Assembly (NCBI GenBank): GCA_963726745.1
Contig: CAVSDR010000006.1
Coordinates: 448,001-512,000 of the forward strand
Direction: 5' to 3'
DNA: 64,000 nucleotides
Source: an uncultured Verrucomicrobiae bacterium
GTDB lineage: Bacteria; Verrucomicrobiota; Verrucomicrobiia; Chthoniobacterales; UBA10450
The notes under the pieces: generated by a model
Databases searched by the model: none
Told to the model about the DNA's origin: nothing
What the model saw: the letters and a program-made list of their open reading frames with translations, nothing else
Program-made: the position numbers and the translations under genes
Shown: piece after piece, positions 11,044-21,177 of the stretch
Numbering within the stretch: position 1 is the stretch's first letter
Layout: the number at the start of each line of letters is the position of its first letter

Positions 11044-12159
11044 TCAGCCCAACGCCTGCGCCAGGTCTTCGATCAAATCATCGGGATGCTCCAGACCGAT
11101 CGAGACCCGGAGCAAGCCCTGCGGCGTGAGCGGACTCTCGCCGGCGATCGAGGCGCGATGCTCGACCAGGCTCTCGACCCCGCCGAGGCTGGTCGCGCGC
11201 ACGAAGAGCCGCAGCTTCCCCGCCGCCGCCATCGCTGCCTCCGCTCCACCGCGGACGACGAAGGAAAGCATCCCGCCGCCCGCGCTCATCTGCCGCGTCG
11301 CGATTTCGTGCCCGCGATGACTCGTTAGGCTGGGATAATTGACCCGCTCCACCTGCGGATGCGTCGCGAGAAATTCCGCCACCTGCCGGGCATTCTCGCA
11401 ATGCCCGCGCATCCGCCACGGGAGCGTGCGCAGGCCGCGCAAGAGCAGCCAGCAATCGAACGGCGCCGGCACCCCACCGACAAGCGCCTGATTCTGCCGC
11501 ACCCGTTCGAAGAATTCCCCGCTTTCTCGCGCGACCACCATCCCGCCCATGACGTCGCTATGGCCGCCGAGATATTTCGTGGTCGAATGCACCACCAGAT
11601 CGCAACCGAGCGCCAGTGGCCGTTGCACGATCGGCGCCCAGGTATTGTCGCAGGCGCAGAGCGCGCCGGCCTCGTGCGCAAGCGCGGCGACCGCGGCCAG
11701 GTCGGTGATTTTCAGCTGCGGATTGGACGGCGATTCGGTCCAGACAAGGCGCGTCTTGCTGGTTAATTTCGCGCGCACCGCCGCGAGGTCGCTCAGGTCC
11801 ACAAAGTCGACTGCGAGGCCCCACGGAATAAGCACCTCGCGCAGGAGCTTGGTCGCGCCGTGATACATCTCGTCCGGCGCGATCACATGGTCGCCCGGGC
11901 GCAGTGCCTGGAAGACTGCCGCCGTCGCCGCCAGGCCCGAAGCGAAAGCCGCCGCGACCGCGCCGCCCTCGATCTGCGCCATCGCTTCCTCGAGCGCGCG
12001 GCGGTTGGGATTATCGCTCCGTGCGTAGACGTAGCCACTGGGATAACTCCCATCGACCGCGCGCTCGAAGGTGGTGGAAAGCTGGATCGGCGCGGCCACG
12101 GCGCCGGTCGCGGCATCCACTTCGTGTCCGGCGTGCACCGCCAAAGTCTCAATGCGCAT
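11044..12159 (-). CDS. PLP-dependent trans-sulfuration enzyme (cystathionine gamma-synthase/lyase family)
   Basis: YARSDNP, FASGLAA, ESPSNP, DNTWA, HSTTKYLGGHSD, SLGGVESL, RVSIGLE. Confidence 0.9.
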   Translation of the reverse strand: MRIETLAVHAGHEVDAATGAVAAPIQLSTTFERAVDGSYPSGYVYARSDNPNRRALEEAMAQIEGGAVAAAFASGLAATAAVFQALRPGDHVIAPDEMYHGATKLLREVLIPWGLAVDFVDLSDLAAVRAKLTSKTRLVWTESPSNPQLKITDLAAVAALAHEAGALCACDNTWAPIVQRPLALGCDLVVHSTTKYLGGHSDVMGGMVVARESGEFFERVRQNQALVGGVPAPFDCWLLLRGLRTLPWRMRGHCENARQVAEFLATHPQVERVNYPSLTSHRGHEIATRQMSAGGGMLSFVVRGGAEAAMAAAGKLRLFVRATSLGGVESLVEHRASIAGESPLTPQGLLRVSIGLEHPDDLIEDLAQALG

Positions 12160-12326
12160 GGTGGCGTGGATGTTTGGCCGCAAAGGCCGCAAGCTCAATC
12201 GAAAAACCGCCCGCCCTTCGCTTCCTCCGCAAAAACCGAAATCAATTTGACGGTTCGGGAAGCTCAGGCGCTAATACCACACTGGTTAGCCGGCAGGATT
12301 CTCCCCGCGCCGCCACGCTTTCTCCT

Positions 12327-13589
12327 ATGACAATCTACCACGACGAAGTGTTTCAGATGGCCTGCGATCAATTTCAGGTGATCGCCGATTACCTCAACAT
12401 CGACCGGAACGATCGCGACCGGCTGATGTATCCGAAGCGCTCGGTCGCGGTCACCCTCCCGGTGCACATGGACGACGGGAGCACGCAGACCTTCCAGGGC
12501 TACCGCGTGCAGCATCACCTCACGCTCGGCCCGACCAAGGGCGGCACGCGTTTCGCGCCCAATCTCTCGATGGGCGAAACCGCTGCGCTCGCCATGTGGA
12601 TGAGCTGGAAGTGCGCCCTCGCGAATCTCCCTTACGGCGGCGCTAAAGGCGGCATCGCTTGCGACCCGACGAAACTTTCCCGCACCGAACTCGAAGCCGT
12701 CTCCCGCCGTTACATGCAGGAGATGATCCCGTTTGTCGGGCCGCACACCGACATCATGGGCCCGGACATGGGCACGAACGAGCAGGTCATGTCCTGGTTC
12801 ATGGACACCTACTCGGTCTACCAGGGCTACGCCGTGAGCGAGATCGTCACCGGCAAGCCGGTCTCGATCGGCGGCACCGAAGGCCGGCGCGAAGCCACCG
12901 GGCGTGGCGTCGTCTATTTAATCAATCGCGCGATGGACCTGCTGAAGATGGAGCCGGAAAATTCCACCGCGATCATCCAGGGCTTCGGCAATGTCGGCAG
13001 CGTGGCCGCGCTCGAGCTGGCGATGAAAACAGGCGTCAAGATCATCGGCATCAGCGACGCCACCGTCGCGCTCTACAACCCCAAGGGCATCGATGTGCGC
13101 GCCGCCGAGCAGCACGTGATGAAGAAGGGCAACCTCCGCGCCTTCAACGAAGGCGACCGGATCGACCCAGCCGAGATGCTCATCCAGAAATGCGACATCC
13201 TCGTCCCTTCCGCGGTCGACCGCGTGATCCACGAGAAGAACGCCGGCCAGCTCCAGTGCCGCATTCTCGCCGAGGGCGCGAATGGTCCCACCACCCCGGA
13301 AGCCGATCTCATCCTGAACGAGAAATGGGACGAAGTTTTCGTCATCCCGGACATTCTCTGCAACGCCGGCGGCGTGATCGTGTCCTACTTCGAATGGGTC
13401 CAGGGCCTGCAGTCGTTCCTTTGGACCGAGAGCGAAGTAACCGACAAGCTCTTCCGCATTCTCGAGCATTCCTTCACCCAGGTGATCCGGCGCGCGAAAC
13501 AGGACAAGGTCTCGCATCGCACCGCGGCCATGGCCATCGGCGTCGAGCGGGTGATGAAGGCGAAGCACGCGCGCGGCCTCTTCCCTTAA
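12327..13589 (+). CDS. gdhA: Glu/Leu/Phe/Val dehydrogenase (glutamate dehydrogenase)
   Basis: GPTKGGTR, LPYGGAKGG, PDMGT, GRREATGRGV, QGFGNVG, EGANGP, NAGGVIVSYFEW. Confidence 0.92.
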   Translation: MTIYHDEVFQMACDQFQVIADYLNIDRNDRDRLMYPKRSVAVTLPVHMDDGSTQTFQGYRVQHHLTLGPTKGGTRFAPNLSMGETAALAMWMSWKCALANLPYGGAKGGIACDPTKLSRTELEAVSRRYMQEMIPFVGPHTDIMGPDMGTNEQVMSWFMDTYSVYQGYAVSEIVTGKPVSIGGTEGRREATGRGVVYLINRAMDLLKMEPENSTAIIQGFGNVGSVAALELAMKTGVKIIGISDATVALYNPKGIDVRAAEQHVMKKGNLRAFNEGDRIDPAEMLIQKCDILVPSAVDRVIHEKNAGQLQCRILAEGANGPTTPEADLILNEKWDEVFVIPDILCNAGGVIVSYFEWVQGLQSFLWTESEVTDKLFRILEHSFTQVIRRAKQDKVSHRTAAMAIGVERVMKAKHARGLFP

Positions 13590-13595
13590 GCCGCG

Positions 13596-14528
13596 ATGAG
13601 CTTTTCGCATCGCGAGGAAAAGCGCGGCGATCGGCTCCTCGATGTTTTAACCGACGAGATCGCCGGCCTGCGGATCACGGTTTCGCGCCTCGGCGCGGAA
13701 CTGGTCAGCCTCGCGCGGCGCGACGCGGCGGGCGCATGGATTGGCTTCCTCCATCGCGACGATGACCTCGGCGCGCCGGCCCAGGGCTGGGCGAATCACG
13801 CCACCGTCATGGGCTACTTCCTCCATCGGTTGAAGGATGGCCGCAGCGTCTACCGCGGCGAGCCGATCGAAGGCGGCACGCACAGCTTCCTCCGCACCAA
13901 GGTCTGGCACCTCGCCGAACAAAATGCTGGCAAATTAACCTACCGGATCACGCCGGCGGATTACACCGCCACGGAGTATCCGCGAAAAGTCTCGCTGGAC
14001 CTGACCTACGCGCTCGAGGACGGCGCCGTCCGCACCAGCTTCCATTTCACCAATCACGAACCCGATCGCCCGGCGCACGTCGGGTTCGGACTGCATCCGG
14101 GCTTCGCGATCACGGAAGGCGGCAACTTCACCTTCCGGATGCCGCCCGGTCTTTACCGTCGGCATTTCTCGCCCACGAATTACCTTTCCGGCGAAACCGA
14201 AGACGTGCAGCACGCCGGCGGCGACATGCCCTTCGAGAAAACCAAGCTGGTCGGCTCTTACATCCTCGAGTTGGTGGATGTCCCGCAGCGCGACTTCGCC
14301 TTCGCCGATGGCGCCAGTGGCCGGCGGGTGGATTTCGACCTTCGCGAAGTGCCCTACCTGACCCTCTGGGCGGATAGCGCGGCCTTTCTTTGTGTCGAAC
14401 CCTGCTGGGGCCTGACCGATCACGACGCCCAGCGCACCTTCGAGCAGAAGGAAGGCATTCAGCTCATCCCCGCAGGCGGCAGCCTAACGAGAAGTTTCCG
14501 CATGACCCCGCAGCTCGCCTTCGCATGA
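13596..14528 (+). CDS. Aldose 1-epimerase (galactose mutarotase) family protein
   Basis: GAELVSL, FGLHPGF, FLCVEPCWG. Confidence 0.75.
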   Translation: MSFSHREEKRGDRLLDVLTDEIAGLRITVSRLGAELVSLARRDAAGAWIGFLHRDDDLGAPAQGWANHATVMGYFLHRLKDGRSVYRGEPIEGGTHSFLRTKVWHLAEQNAGKLTYRITPADYTATEYPRKVSLDLTYALEDGAVRTSFHFTNHEPDRPAHVGFGLHPGFAITEGGNFTFRMPPGLYRRHFSPTNYLSGETEDVQHAGGDMPFEKTKLVGSYILELVDVPQRDFAFADGASGRRVDFDLREVPYLTLWADSAAFLCVEPCWGLTDHDAQRTFEQKEGIQLIPAGGSLTRSFRMTPQLAFA

Positions 14529-15445
14529 AAAGGCCGGCTCTTTCCCTGCGCGCGCTCCTCGAGGGGGCGGTTGATTACGCCGGGCTCTTCCCGCCGGCCA
14601 GCCTCACGCTCGAGCCCGCGCTGCGGAATCACGCGGAGTATGTCCGCTCACCCGAGGCCTGGATGCTCGGCGCGTTCATCCTCCCAGTGGGCAAATTCGA
14701 GGAAGCTTCCGCGTTGCTCGGGCCCTTCGATGTCGAGCATCGCCTGCGCGTTTCCGCGCTTGGGCCGGCGACCGAGAATGCCAACGCCTTCATCGAAACT
14801 CTCGGCGCGCTGAATCAAACGATCGAAGGGTTCAACACCCGGCACGGCGCCACCGCCGCGGTCGTGCAGCTCGAGATGCCGCTTCCGGCGACCGACGGCG
14901 CCTCGCTCGCGGAGACGAACCGCGCGCTTTCCGGCCTGGAATTGCCGACCTACTGGGAACGCGCCGCCGACGAGGCCGAGCGCACCGTCGGCTTCATCGC
15001 GGAACGTCACACCACGGGCGCCGCGCGTTACGGCTTCAAGCTCCGCACCGGCGGCGTGGTTGCTTCCGCTTTCCCCTCCTCCATGCAGATCGCGCGTGCC
15101 CTCACCGCCGCGGCTCACCTGCGCGTGCCGATCAAGTTCACCGCCGGGCTGCATCATCCGGTGCGAAAATTTCACGAGAGCGTGCAGACAAAAATGCACG
15201 GCTTTCTCAACGTCTTCGGCGCCGGCGTGCTCGCGACGGAGCACCAATGGGACATCGTCCAGACCGCCGCGATGCTCGACGAGGAAGACCCGGCCTGCTT
15301 CCGCTTCACCGACGACACCTTCACCTGGCGCGACTGGACAATCAGCACTGAGCGCATCCAGCGCGCGCGCCGCTTTATCACCTCCTTCGGCAGTTGCTCC
15401 TTTGACGAACCGCGCGAAGACCTCCGGGCCCTCGATCTCCTCTAA
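14525..15445 (+). CDS. Conserved hypothetical protein adjacent to fahA
   Basis: DYAGLFPPA, FKLRTGG, KFTAGLHHPVR, HGFLN, SFGSCSFDEP; ATG overlaps the previous stop. Confidence 0.8.
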   Translation: MKRPALSLRALLEGAVDYAGLFPPASLTLEPALRNHAEYVRSPEAWMLGAFILPVGKFEEASALLGPFDVEHRLRVSALGPATENANAFIETLGALNQTIEGFNTRHGATAAVVQLEMPLPATDGASLAETNRALSGLELPTYWERAADEAERTVGFIAERHTTGAARYGFKLRTGGVVASAFPSSMQIARALTAAAHLRVPIKFTAGLHHPVRKFHESVQTKMHGFLNVFGAGVLATEHQWDIVQTAAMLDEEDPACFRFTDDTFTWRDWTISTERIQRARRFITSFGSCSFDEPREDLRALDLL

Positions 15446-15451
15446 AACACC

Positions 15452-16696
15452 ATGCCGCTCCGTTCCTTCATTGATGTCGCACCTGATTCGCATTTCCCGC
15501 TGGAGAACCTGCCCTACGGCGTTTTTCGCCCGCAAGCCGGCGGCGAGCCGCGTGTGGGCGTGGCCTTGGGCGACCAGGTGGTCGACCTCGCGGCCCTGGA
15601 AGAGGCTGGCTATTTAGACAGCAAGATCTTCGCGCAGCCTTCGCTCAACGCCTTCCTCTCGTTAGGCCGCGCGGCCTGGCGGAAGACCCGCGCGACCCTG
15701 CAGCACTTGCTGGCGGCGGACACCGCCGAGCTGCGGGACCACGCGGAGCTGCGCCGCCGCGCCTTCCATCGCCAAAGCGAGGTGACCATGCTCCTGCCGG
15801 CGCGGATCGGCGATTACACCGACTTCTATTCCTCCTATCACCACGCGCACAACGTCGGCACGATGCTCCGCGGCGCGGACAACGCACTCATGCCAAACTG
15901 GAAATCGCTCCCCGTGGCCTACCACGGTCGCGCCAGCTCGGTCGTGCTCAGCGGCACCGACCTGCGCCGCCCGCGCGGCCAGATCAAGCCGCCGGACGCC
16001 GAGGCGCCGATCTTTTCCGCGAGCCGCGCGATGGATTTCGAGCTCGAGACCGCTTTCCTCATCGGGCCCGGCAATTCGTTAGGCGAGCCGATCCCAGTGG
16101 CCCAGGCCGAGGAGCACATCTTCGGGCTGGTGCTGATGAACGACTGGAGCGCGCGCGACATCCAGACGTGGGAATACCAGCCGCTCGGGCCGTTCCTTGC
16201 GAAAAACTTCGGCACCAGCATCTCTCCCTGGGTGGTCACGCTCGAGGCGCTGGCGCCATTCCGCCGCCCCTTGCCGAAACAGGAACCGGCACCGCTCGAT
16301 TACCTGCGCGCGCCGCAGGACGGGACTTTTGACATCGAGTTGCTGGCGCAATTGCAGACGCCGGGAATGTCCGCGCCGCACACGATCACGCGGACCAATT
16401 TCAACAACCTTTATTGGAGCCTGGCGCAGCAACTGGCGCATCACACGGTCAACGGCTGCAACCTCCAGCCGGGCGACTTGTTGGCCAGCGGAACGATCAG
16501 CGGCCCAACGGAAGATTCCCGCGGGTGCATGCTCGAGCTGACCTGGCGCGGGGCAAATCCGCTCCAGCTTCCCGGCGGCGAAACCCGGAAATGGCTCGAG
16601 GATGGCGACCGGCTGACGATCACCGGCTGGGCGCAGGGGGCAGGCTACCGGGTCGGCTTCGGCGAGGTCACGGGCAAGGTCCTGCCGGCGGTCTAA
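15452..16696 (+). CDS. fahA: Fumarylacetoacetase
   Basis: [61 protein letters not shown]. Confidence 0.95.
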   Translation: MPLRSFIDVAPDSHFPLENLPYGVFRPQAGGEPRVGVALGDQVVDLAALEEAGYLDSKIFAQPSLNAFLSLGRAAWRKTRATLQHLLAADTAELRDHAELRRRAFHRQSEVTMLLPARIGDYTDFYSSYHHAHNVGTMLRGADNALMPNWKSLPVAYHGRASSVVLSGTDLRRPRGQIKPPDAEAPIFSASRAMDFELETAFLIGPGNSLGEPIPVAQAEEHIFGLVLMNDWSARDIQTWEYQPLGPFLAKNFGTSISPWVVTLEALAPFRRPLPKQEPAPLDYLRAPQDGTFDIELLAQLQTPGMSAPHTITRTNFNNLYWSLAQQLAHHTVNGCNLQPGDLLASGTISGPTEDSRGCMLELTWRGANPLQLPGGETRKWLEDGDRLTITGWAQGAGYRVGFGEVTGKVLPAV

Positions 16697-16708
16697 CGAG
16701 ACCTCGCG

Positions 16709-17017
16709 ATGCATCTGGTCCAGCTGCTCCTGCCGATCCACGACAACCAGCGCCAGCCCTTCCCCGGCGAGGTCTACCTGCAGGTGCGGCAGGAATTAAC
16801 CGACCAATTCGGCGGCCTGACGATCTACACCCGCGCGCCCGCCGAGGGCCTCTGGCGTGGCAACGGCAACGGCACGAGCAAGGACGACATCGTCATCTTC
16901 GAGGTCATGACCGAGACGCTCGATCGCCCTTGGTGGAGCGCTTACCGGCGCGATCTCGAGAGTCGGTTCCGGCAGGACGTGATCGTGATCCGCGCGCAGG
17001 CCACGCAGTTGCTCTGA
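16709..17017 (+). CDS. Small conserved hypothetical protein
   Basis: 102 aa with FGGLTIYTRAPAEGLW and LESRFRQD; coding-like codon usage. Confidence 0.7.
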   Translation: MHLVQLLLPIHDNQRQPFPGEVYLQVRQELTDQFGGLTIYTRAPAEGLWRGNGNGTSKDDIVIFEVMTETLDRPWWSAYRRDLESRFRQDVIVIRAQATQLL

Positions 17018-17025
17018 CTCGCGTC

Positions 17026-17457
17026 TTACGGCGCCTTCGCTTCGCGCAGCGGCCGAGAGAGGTCGCCCTTCACGCGATCGAGGATGCCATTCACAAAGCG
17101 TCCGCTGTCCGGGCCACCATACATCTTGGCCAGCTCGATCGCCTCGTTGATCGAGACCACCGGCGGGATGTCGTCGCGATGGAGCATCTCGTAGATCGCG
17201 AGCCGGAGGACGTTCCGATCGACCGGGGAGATCCGGCGGAAATCGTAGTTTTCGCAGTAGCGCGTGATCCGCTCGTCGATCTCCGGCAGGTGCGCCACCA
17301 TCCCGTCGATCAACGGTTGCGCGAACTCGCGCACGCCGCTCTTCGCCGGGCAAAATTCCCAGAACTCCTCCATCTTCTCCGGCGCCTCGCCCCCCTGGAG
17401 ATCGCGCCAGAAATGGAACTGGACCGCGGCCTGCCGCGCATTGCGTCGCTTGCCCAT
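17026..17457 (-). CDS. nusB: Transcription antitermination factor NusB
   Basis: RRNARQAAVQ, VDRNVLRLA, VSINEAIELAK, FVNGILD. Confidence 0.95.
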   Translation of the reverse strand: MGKRRNARQAAVQFHFWRDLQGGEAPEKMEEFWEFCPAKSGVREFAQPLIDGMVAHLPEIDERITRYCENYDFRRISPVDRNVLRLAIYEMLHRDDIPPVVSINEAIELAKMYGGPDSGRFVNGILDRVKGDLSRPLREAKAP

Positions 17458-17458
17458 G

Positions 17459-17944
17459 CTACTTTTTCGCGCGCAACTCCGAGAGCACGCCGACGATTTG
17501 CACCGCCGCGCGGGCCGCTTCCGTGCCGCGATTGATTTTCTCCTCCAGGCAGCGTTCCCGCGCCTGCGACTCGTCGTCTAAACTCAGGACCGCGTGGATC
17601 ACCGGCACGCCAAAGTCGATCGCGATCTGCTGCAAAGCCTGCGTCACCGACGTGGCCAAATGGTCCGCGTGCGAAGTGCTCCCCTTCAAGATCACGCCCA
17701 TCGCGAGGACCGCATCGGCGCGTTCGCTCTTGGCCAGCTCGCGCACGACCACCGGGATCTCAAACGCTCCGGGGACCTGGTGCAGCGCGATCGACGCATG
17801 CGGCGCGATCTCGCGCAATTCCTCGGCGGCGTGATTGACCAAACCCTGGACATAGCGCGCATTAAATTGGCTCGCGACAATCGCAAAGCTAAAGCTCCGC
17901 TTCGACGGGACGAGACGGGGGCGCGGTTGAAGAGCGAGCGACAT
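17459..17944 (-). CDS. ribH: 6,7-dimethyl-8-ribityllumazine synthase
   Basis: IVASQFN, VPGAFEIP, GVILKGSTSH, VPVIHAVL; lies between ribBA and nusB. Confidence 0.92.
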   Translation of the reverse strand: MSLALQPRPRLVPSKRSFSFAIVASQFNARYVQGLVNHAAEELREIAPHASIALHQVPGAFEIPVVVRELAKSERADAVLAMGVILKGSTSHADHLATSVTQALQQIAIDFGVPVIHAVLSLDDESQARERCLEEKINRGTEAARAAVQIVGVLSELRAKK

Positions 17945-17958
17945 GGGCGAACCGCAGC

Positions 17959-19179
17959 CTACAGCAAATGCCCCATCTTCGCTTTCTTCGTCGCGAGATA
18001 TTTGGCGTTGTGCGGATTGGCCTCGCTGCGAATCGGGAGCTGCTCGACCATCTCCAGGCCGTAGCCCTCGAGGCCGACGACTTTCTTGGGATTGTTCGTC
18101 AGGAAACGAAACTTGCGCACGCCGAGGTCGCAGAGAATTTGCGCGCCCAGGCCGTAATCGCGCAGGTCGGTGCCGAAGCCGAGACGCTCGTTTGCTTCCA
18201 CCGTGTCGAGCCCTTCCTCCTGCAGCTTGTAGGCGTGAATCTTCGCCGCCAGGCCGATGCCGCGGCCTTCCTGCTTGCGCATGTAAACCAGCACGCCATT
18301 GCCGGCCTCAGAGATTTGCTTGAGCGCGGCGTGCAGTTGATTCCCGCAATCGCAGCGGCGCGAACCGAAGACGTCGCCTGTGAGACATTCGCTATGCACT
18401 CGGACGAGCACCGGCTCGTCGCTCGAGATTTTCCCCTTCACCAGCGCAAGGTGATGCGCGCCGTCGAGCTTCGAATGGTAAAGGTGCAGCTCAAAGTCGC
18501 CGTAATCGGTCGGCATGTTCACCACCTGCTCGCACTCGATCAATTTCTCGCTCCGCCGGCGGTAGGCGATCAGGCTCTGGATTGTGCAGATGCGCAGGCC
18601 GTGCTTCTTGCGGAACTCCATCAGCTCCGGGAGCCGCGCCATCGTCCCGTCATCGTGCAGGATCTCGCAGATCACGCCGGCTGGTTGCAAACCAGCGAGC
18701 CGCGCGAGGTCGACCGCCGCTTCCGTGTGACCCGCGCGCTGAAGCACCCCGCCCTCGCGCGCGCGCAGCGGGAAAATGTGGCCGGGTTGCACCAGGTCCT
18801 GCGGCTTCGAAAGCGGGTCGGCGATCGTCGCGATCGTGGCCGCGCGATCGTGCGCGCTGATGCCCGTGGTCACGCCGCGCGCTGCATCCACCGAGACCGT
18901 GAAATCCGTCCGATACATCTCGCGGTTCTGCGCCACCATTCGCTGCAGGCCGAGCTGCTCCGCGCGCTCATTCGAAACCGGCGCGCAGATCAAGCCCCGC
19001 CCGTGCTTGGCCATGAAATTGATTGCCTCCGGCGTGGTCTTCTCCGCCGCCATCACCAGGTCGCCTTCGTTCTCGCGGTCGGCATCGTCGGTCACGATCA
19101 CGATTTTGCCCTCGGCAAGGTCGCGCAGGACGTCCTCGATCGCGTCGAATTGCAAGGCAGGTGGTGCTTCGGCGAGCAT
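17959..19179 (-). CDS. ribBA: Bifunctional DHBP synthase / GTP cyclohydrolase II
   Basis: [51 protein letters not shown]. Confidence 0.96.
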   Translation of the reverse strand: MLAEAPPALQFDAIEDVLRDLAEGKIVIVTDDADRENEGDLVMAAEKTTPEAINFMAKHGRGLICAPVSNERAEQLGLQRMVAQNREMYRTDFTVSVDAARGVTTGISAHDRAATIATIADPLSKPQDLVQPGHIFPLRAREGGVLQRAGHTEAAVDLARLAGLQPAGVICEILHDDGTMARLPELMEFRKKHGLRICTIQSLIAYRRRSEKLIECEQVVNMPTDYGDFELHLYHSKLDGAHHLALVKGKISSDEPVLVRVHSECLTGDVFGSRRCDCGNQLHAALKQISEAGNGVLVYMRKQEGRGIGLAAKIHAYKLQEEGLDTVEANERLGFGTDLRDYGLGAQILCDLGVRKFRFLTNNPKKVVGLEGYGLEMVEQLPIRSEANPHNAKYLATKKAKMGHLL

Positions 19180-19223
19180 GGGAATCAATACGTCCCCCGG
19201 ACGTCCCCGGCAACCATCGGCCG

Positions 19224-19937
19224 TCAGCGCGCGCTCGAGCCGACAATTGCCTCCGGCCGGTAAAGGTCGCGATTGCTCCCCTGGAACTCCGCCTTCAAGC
19301 GCACCCGGAAGTGTGACAGGTCGACCAGGTCCCAGCGGGTGAAATCCCAATGCCCGGCGGTGCGCGCAGTGTGCTCGATGCCCACCAGCAGGTGCACCGC
19401 GTCGTCGCGCACCTTGTTTGTCGCCACCTTGGGCTCAAAATAAAACGTCCGGAAACTGCTCGCCCGGCTGCCCGCGGCGTAGAGTTTCGGGTCGAGATAA
19501 TACACGCGCCCACTCGCTTGCTCGACGATCCGCAAGTCGGGATAACCGGAGCGCTGCACCTTTTCCTCTGCGGTCTTCGGGAAGCCGCAGCGCAGGCCGG
19601 GCGCAGCATTCAAAAGCTCGCAGATCGTGTTTTCAAAGACGCTGCTGACTTCGTTGATCCGCGAAAAGCTTTGCACGGGCGCATTCGGGGCGCTCAGGCG
19701 GCGGAGCGTCTCGTCCAAGGCGCTGCCTATTTCCTCCAGGACTTTGCGGTCGACTTCGTTTTGTGGATCGATCGCGATGATCCGCTTCCCGGTGGCGGCC
19801 GCGATCACCTCGCTGAAAGGTAATTCCTTCAGCTCCTCCTTCTCCTGCAGGAGCCACGGAATAAGCGAAGCCGCAGGCGACTCCGCGCGCATCTCGGCTC
19901 CGCCCAGGAGCAGCAGGATCAAGAGCGCGGGCCGCAT
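19224..19937 (-). CDS. Hypothetical protein with signal peptide and PD-(D/E)xK-like motif
   Basis: [25 protein letters not shown]...YYLDPKLY. Confidence 0.7.
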   Translation of the reverse strand: MRPALLILLLLGGAEMRAESPAASLIPWLLQEKEELKELPFSEVIAAATGKRIIAIDPQNEVDRKVLEEIGSALDETLRRLSAPNAPVQSFSRINEVSSVFENTICELLNAAPGLRCGFPKTAEEKVQRSGYPDLRIVEQASGRVYYLDPKLYAAGSRASSFRTFYFEPKVATNKVRDDAVHLLVGIEHTARTAGHWDFTRWDLVDLSHFRVRLKAEFQGSNRDLYRPEAIVGSSAR

Positions 19938-19941
19938 CGTT

Positions 19942-21177
19942 TTAGTCGGCAATCTTCACCGCCTGGCGCAAGAGCGGCTCCACCGCCGCCAGGCTGTTTT
20001 CATCGCGCGCATGCATCAGCAAAAGCGGCTCGTCCTGCTCCACGCGCTCGCCCGTTTTCCGAATCTGCGAGAATCCAACCGCGAAGTCGATCGCGTCGTC
20101 GGCCTGGGCGCGCCCCCCGCCGAGGAGGACCGAGGCGCGGCCGATCAACTCCGCGTCCATGCTCACGACCCGGCCCGCGTGCGCCGCCAGCAGCGGCTCG
20201 ATGATCGGCGCCCGGTGCACCGTGGTCATCTTCTCCAGCGCGGTCGCATCACCATCTTGCGCATAGACGATCGCGACGAATTTCTTCCAGGCGGTCCCGT
20301 CCTGCAGCCGGCTGGCTAAAACTTCGCGCGGCGTGGTCGAGACTTTCTCCGCCAGGTCGAGCGTCAGGTCGATCACGTCCTGCGGCCCGCCTCCCTGCAG
20401 GACTTCCACGCATTCGGCCACCTCGAGCGCGTTGCCCACCGCGCGGCCGAGCGGTTCGTCCATCGCGTTCAGCAGATGCGAAACCTCCACGCCCATCAAG
20501 CGTCCCACCTCGGTCATCGACGCCGCGAGCTGCTCCGCTTCCGCGCGCGTTTTCATGAACGCGCCCCGGCCGAACTTCACGTCCAGCACCAGGCGATTGA
20601 GATTCTCCGCCAGCTTTTTGCTCATGATGCTGGCCACGATCAACGCCTGCGACGGCACCGTCCCGGTGACGTCGCGCAGCGCGTAGAGCTTTTTGTCCGC
20701 CGGGCAAATGTCCGCCGTCTGCCCGATCATGAAGACGCCGAGCTGCGCCAGCTGCTTGAGCGCGCGGCGTTCGTCCAGGTGGACGTTGAAGCCAGGGATG
20801 CTCTCGAGCTTGTCGAGCGTCCCGCCGGTAATCCCGAGGCCACGGCCGGAAATCATCGGCACCCAGACGTCGTCGCAGGCCAGCAACGGAGCCAGGACTA
20901 ACGAGACCTTGTCCCCCACCCCGCCGGTGGAATGCTTGTCCACCTTCGGCGGCGAACCCGCCGGGTAATGCAGCGTCCGCCCGCTCCCCATCATCGCGCG
21001 CGTCAGGTGCTGCGTCTCGACCGGCGTCATTCCGCGGAAGAAAACCGCCATCGCCCAGGCGCTCATCTGGTAATCCGGCACCTCGCCACGGGTAAAGCCT
21101 TCAATCAGCGCGCCGATTTCTTCCGCGCTCAGCTCTGCGCCTTCGCGCTTCCGTTCGATCAAACTTGGGACGTGCAT
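19942..21177 (-). CDS. deoA: Thymidine/pyrimidine-nucleoside phosphorylase
   Basis: DKHSTGGVGDK, MISGRGLGITGGTLDKLESIPG, LYALRDVTGTV, SIMSKKLA. Confidence 0.92.
   Translation of the reverse strand: MHVPSLIERKREGAELSAEEIGALIEGFTRGEVPDYQMSAWAMAVFFRGMTPVETQHLTRAMMGSGRTLHYPAGSPPKVDKHSTGGVGDKVSLVLAPLLACDDVWVPMISGRGLGITGGTLDKLESIPGFNVHLDERRALKQLAQLGVFMIGQTADICPADKKLYALRDVTGTVPSQALIVASIMSKKLAENLNRLVLDVKFGRGAFMKTRAEAEQLAASMTEVGRLMGVEVSHLLNAMDEPLGRAVGNALEVAECVEVLQGGGPQDVIDLTLDLAEKVSTTPREVLASRLQDGTAWKKFVAIVYAQDGDATALEKMTTVHRAPIIEPLLAAHAGRVVSMDAELIGRASVLLGGGRAQADDAIDFAVGFSQIRKTGERVEQDEPLLLMHARDENSLAAVEPLLRQAVKIAD

Noticed and set aside
12160..12326. Riboswitch or promoter between the trans-sulfuration gene and gdhA
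   Set aside because: I recognised no SAM-riboswitch core; the TTGACG at 12247 lacks a well-spaced -10.
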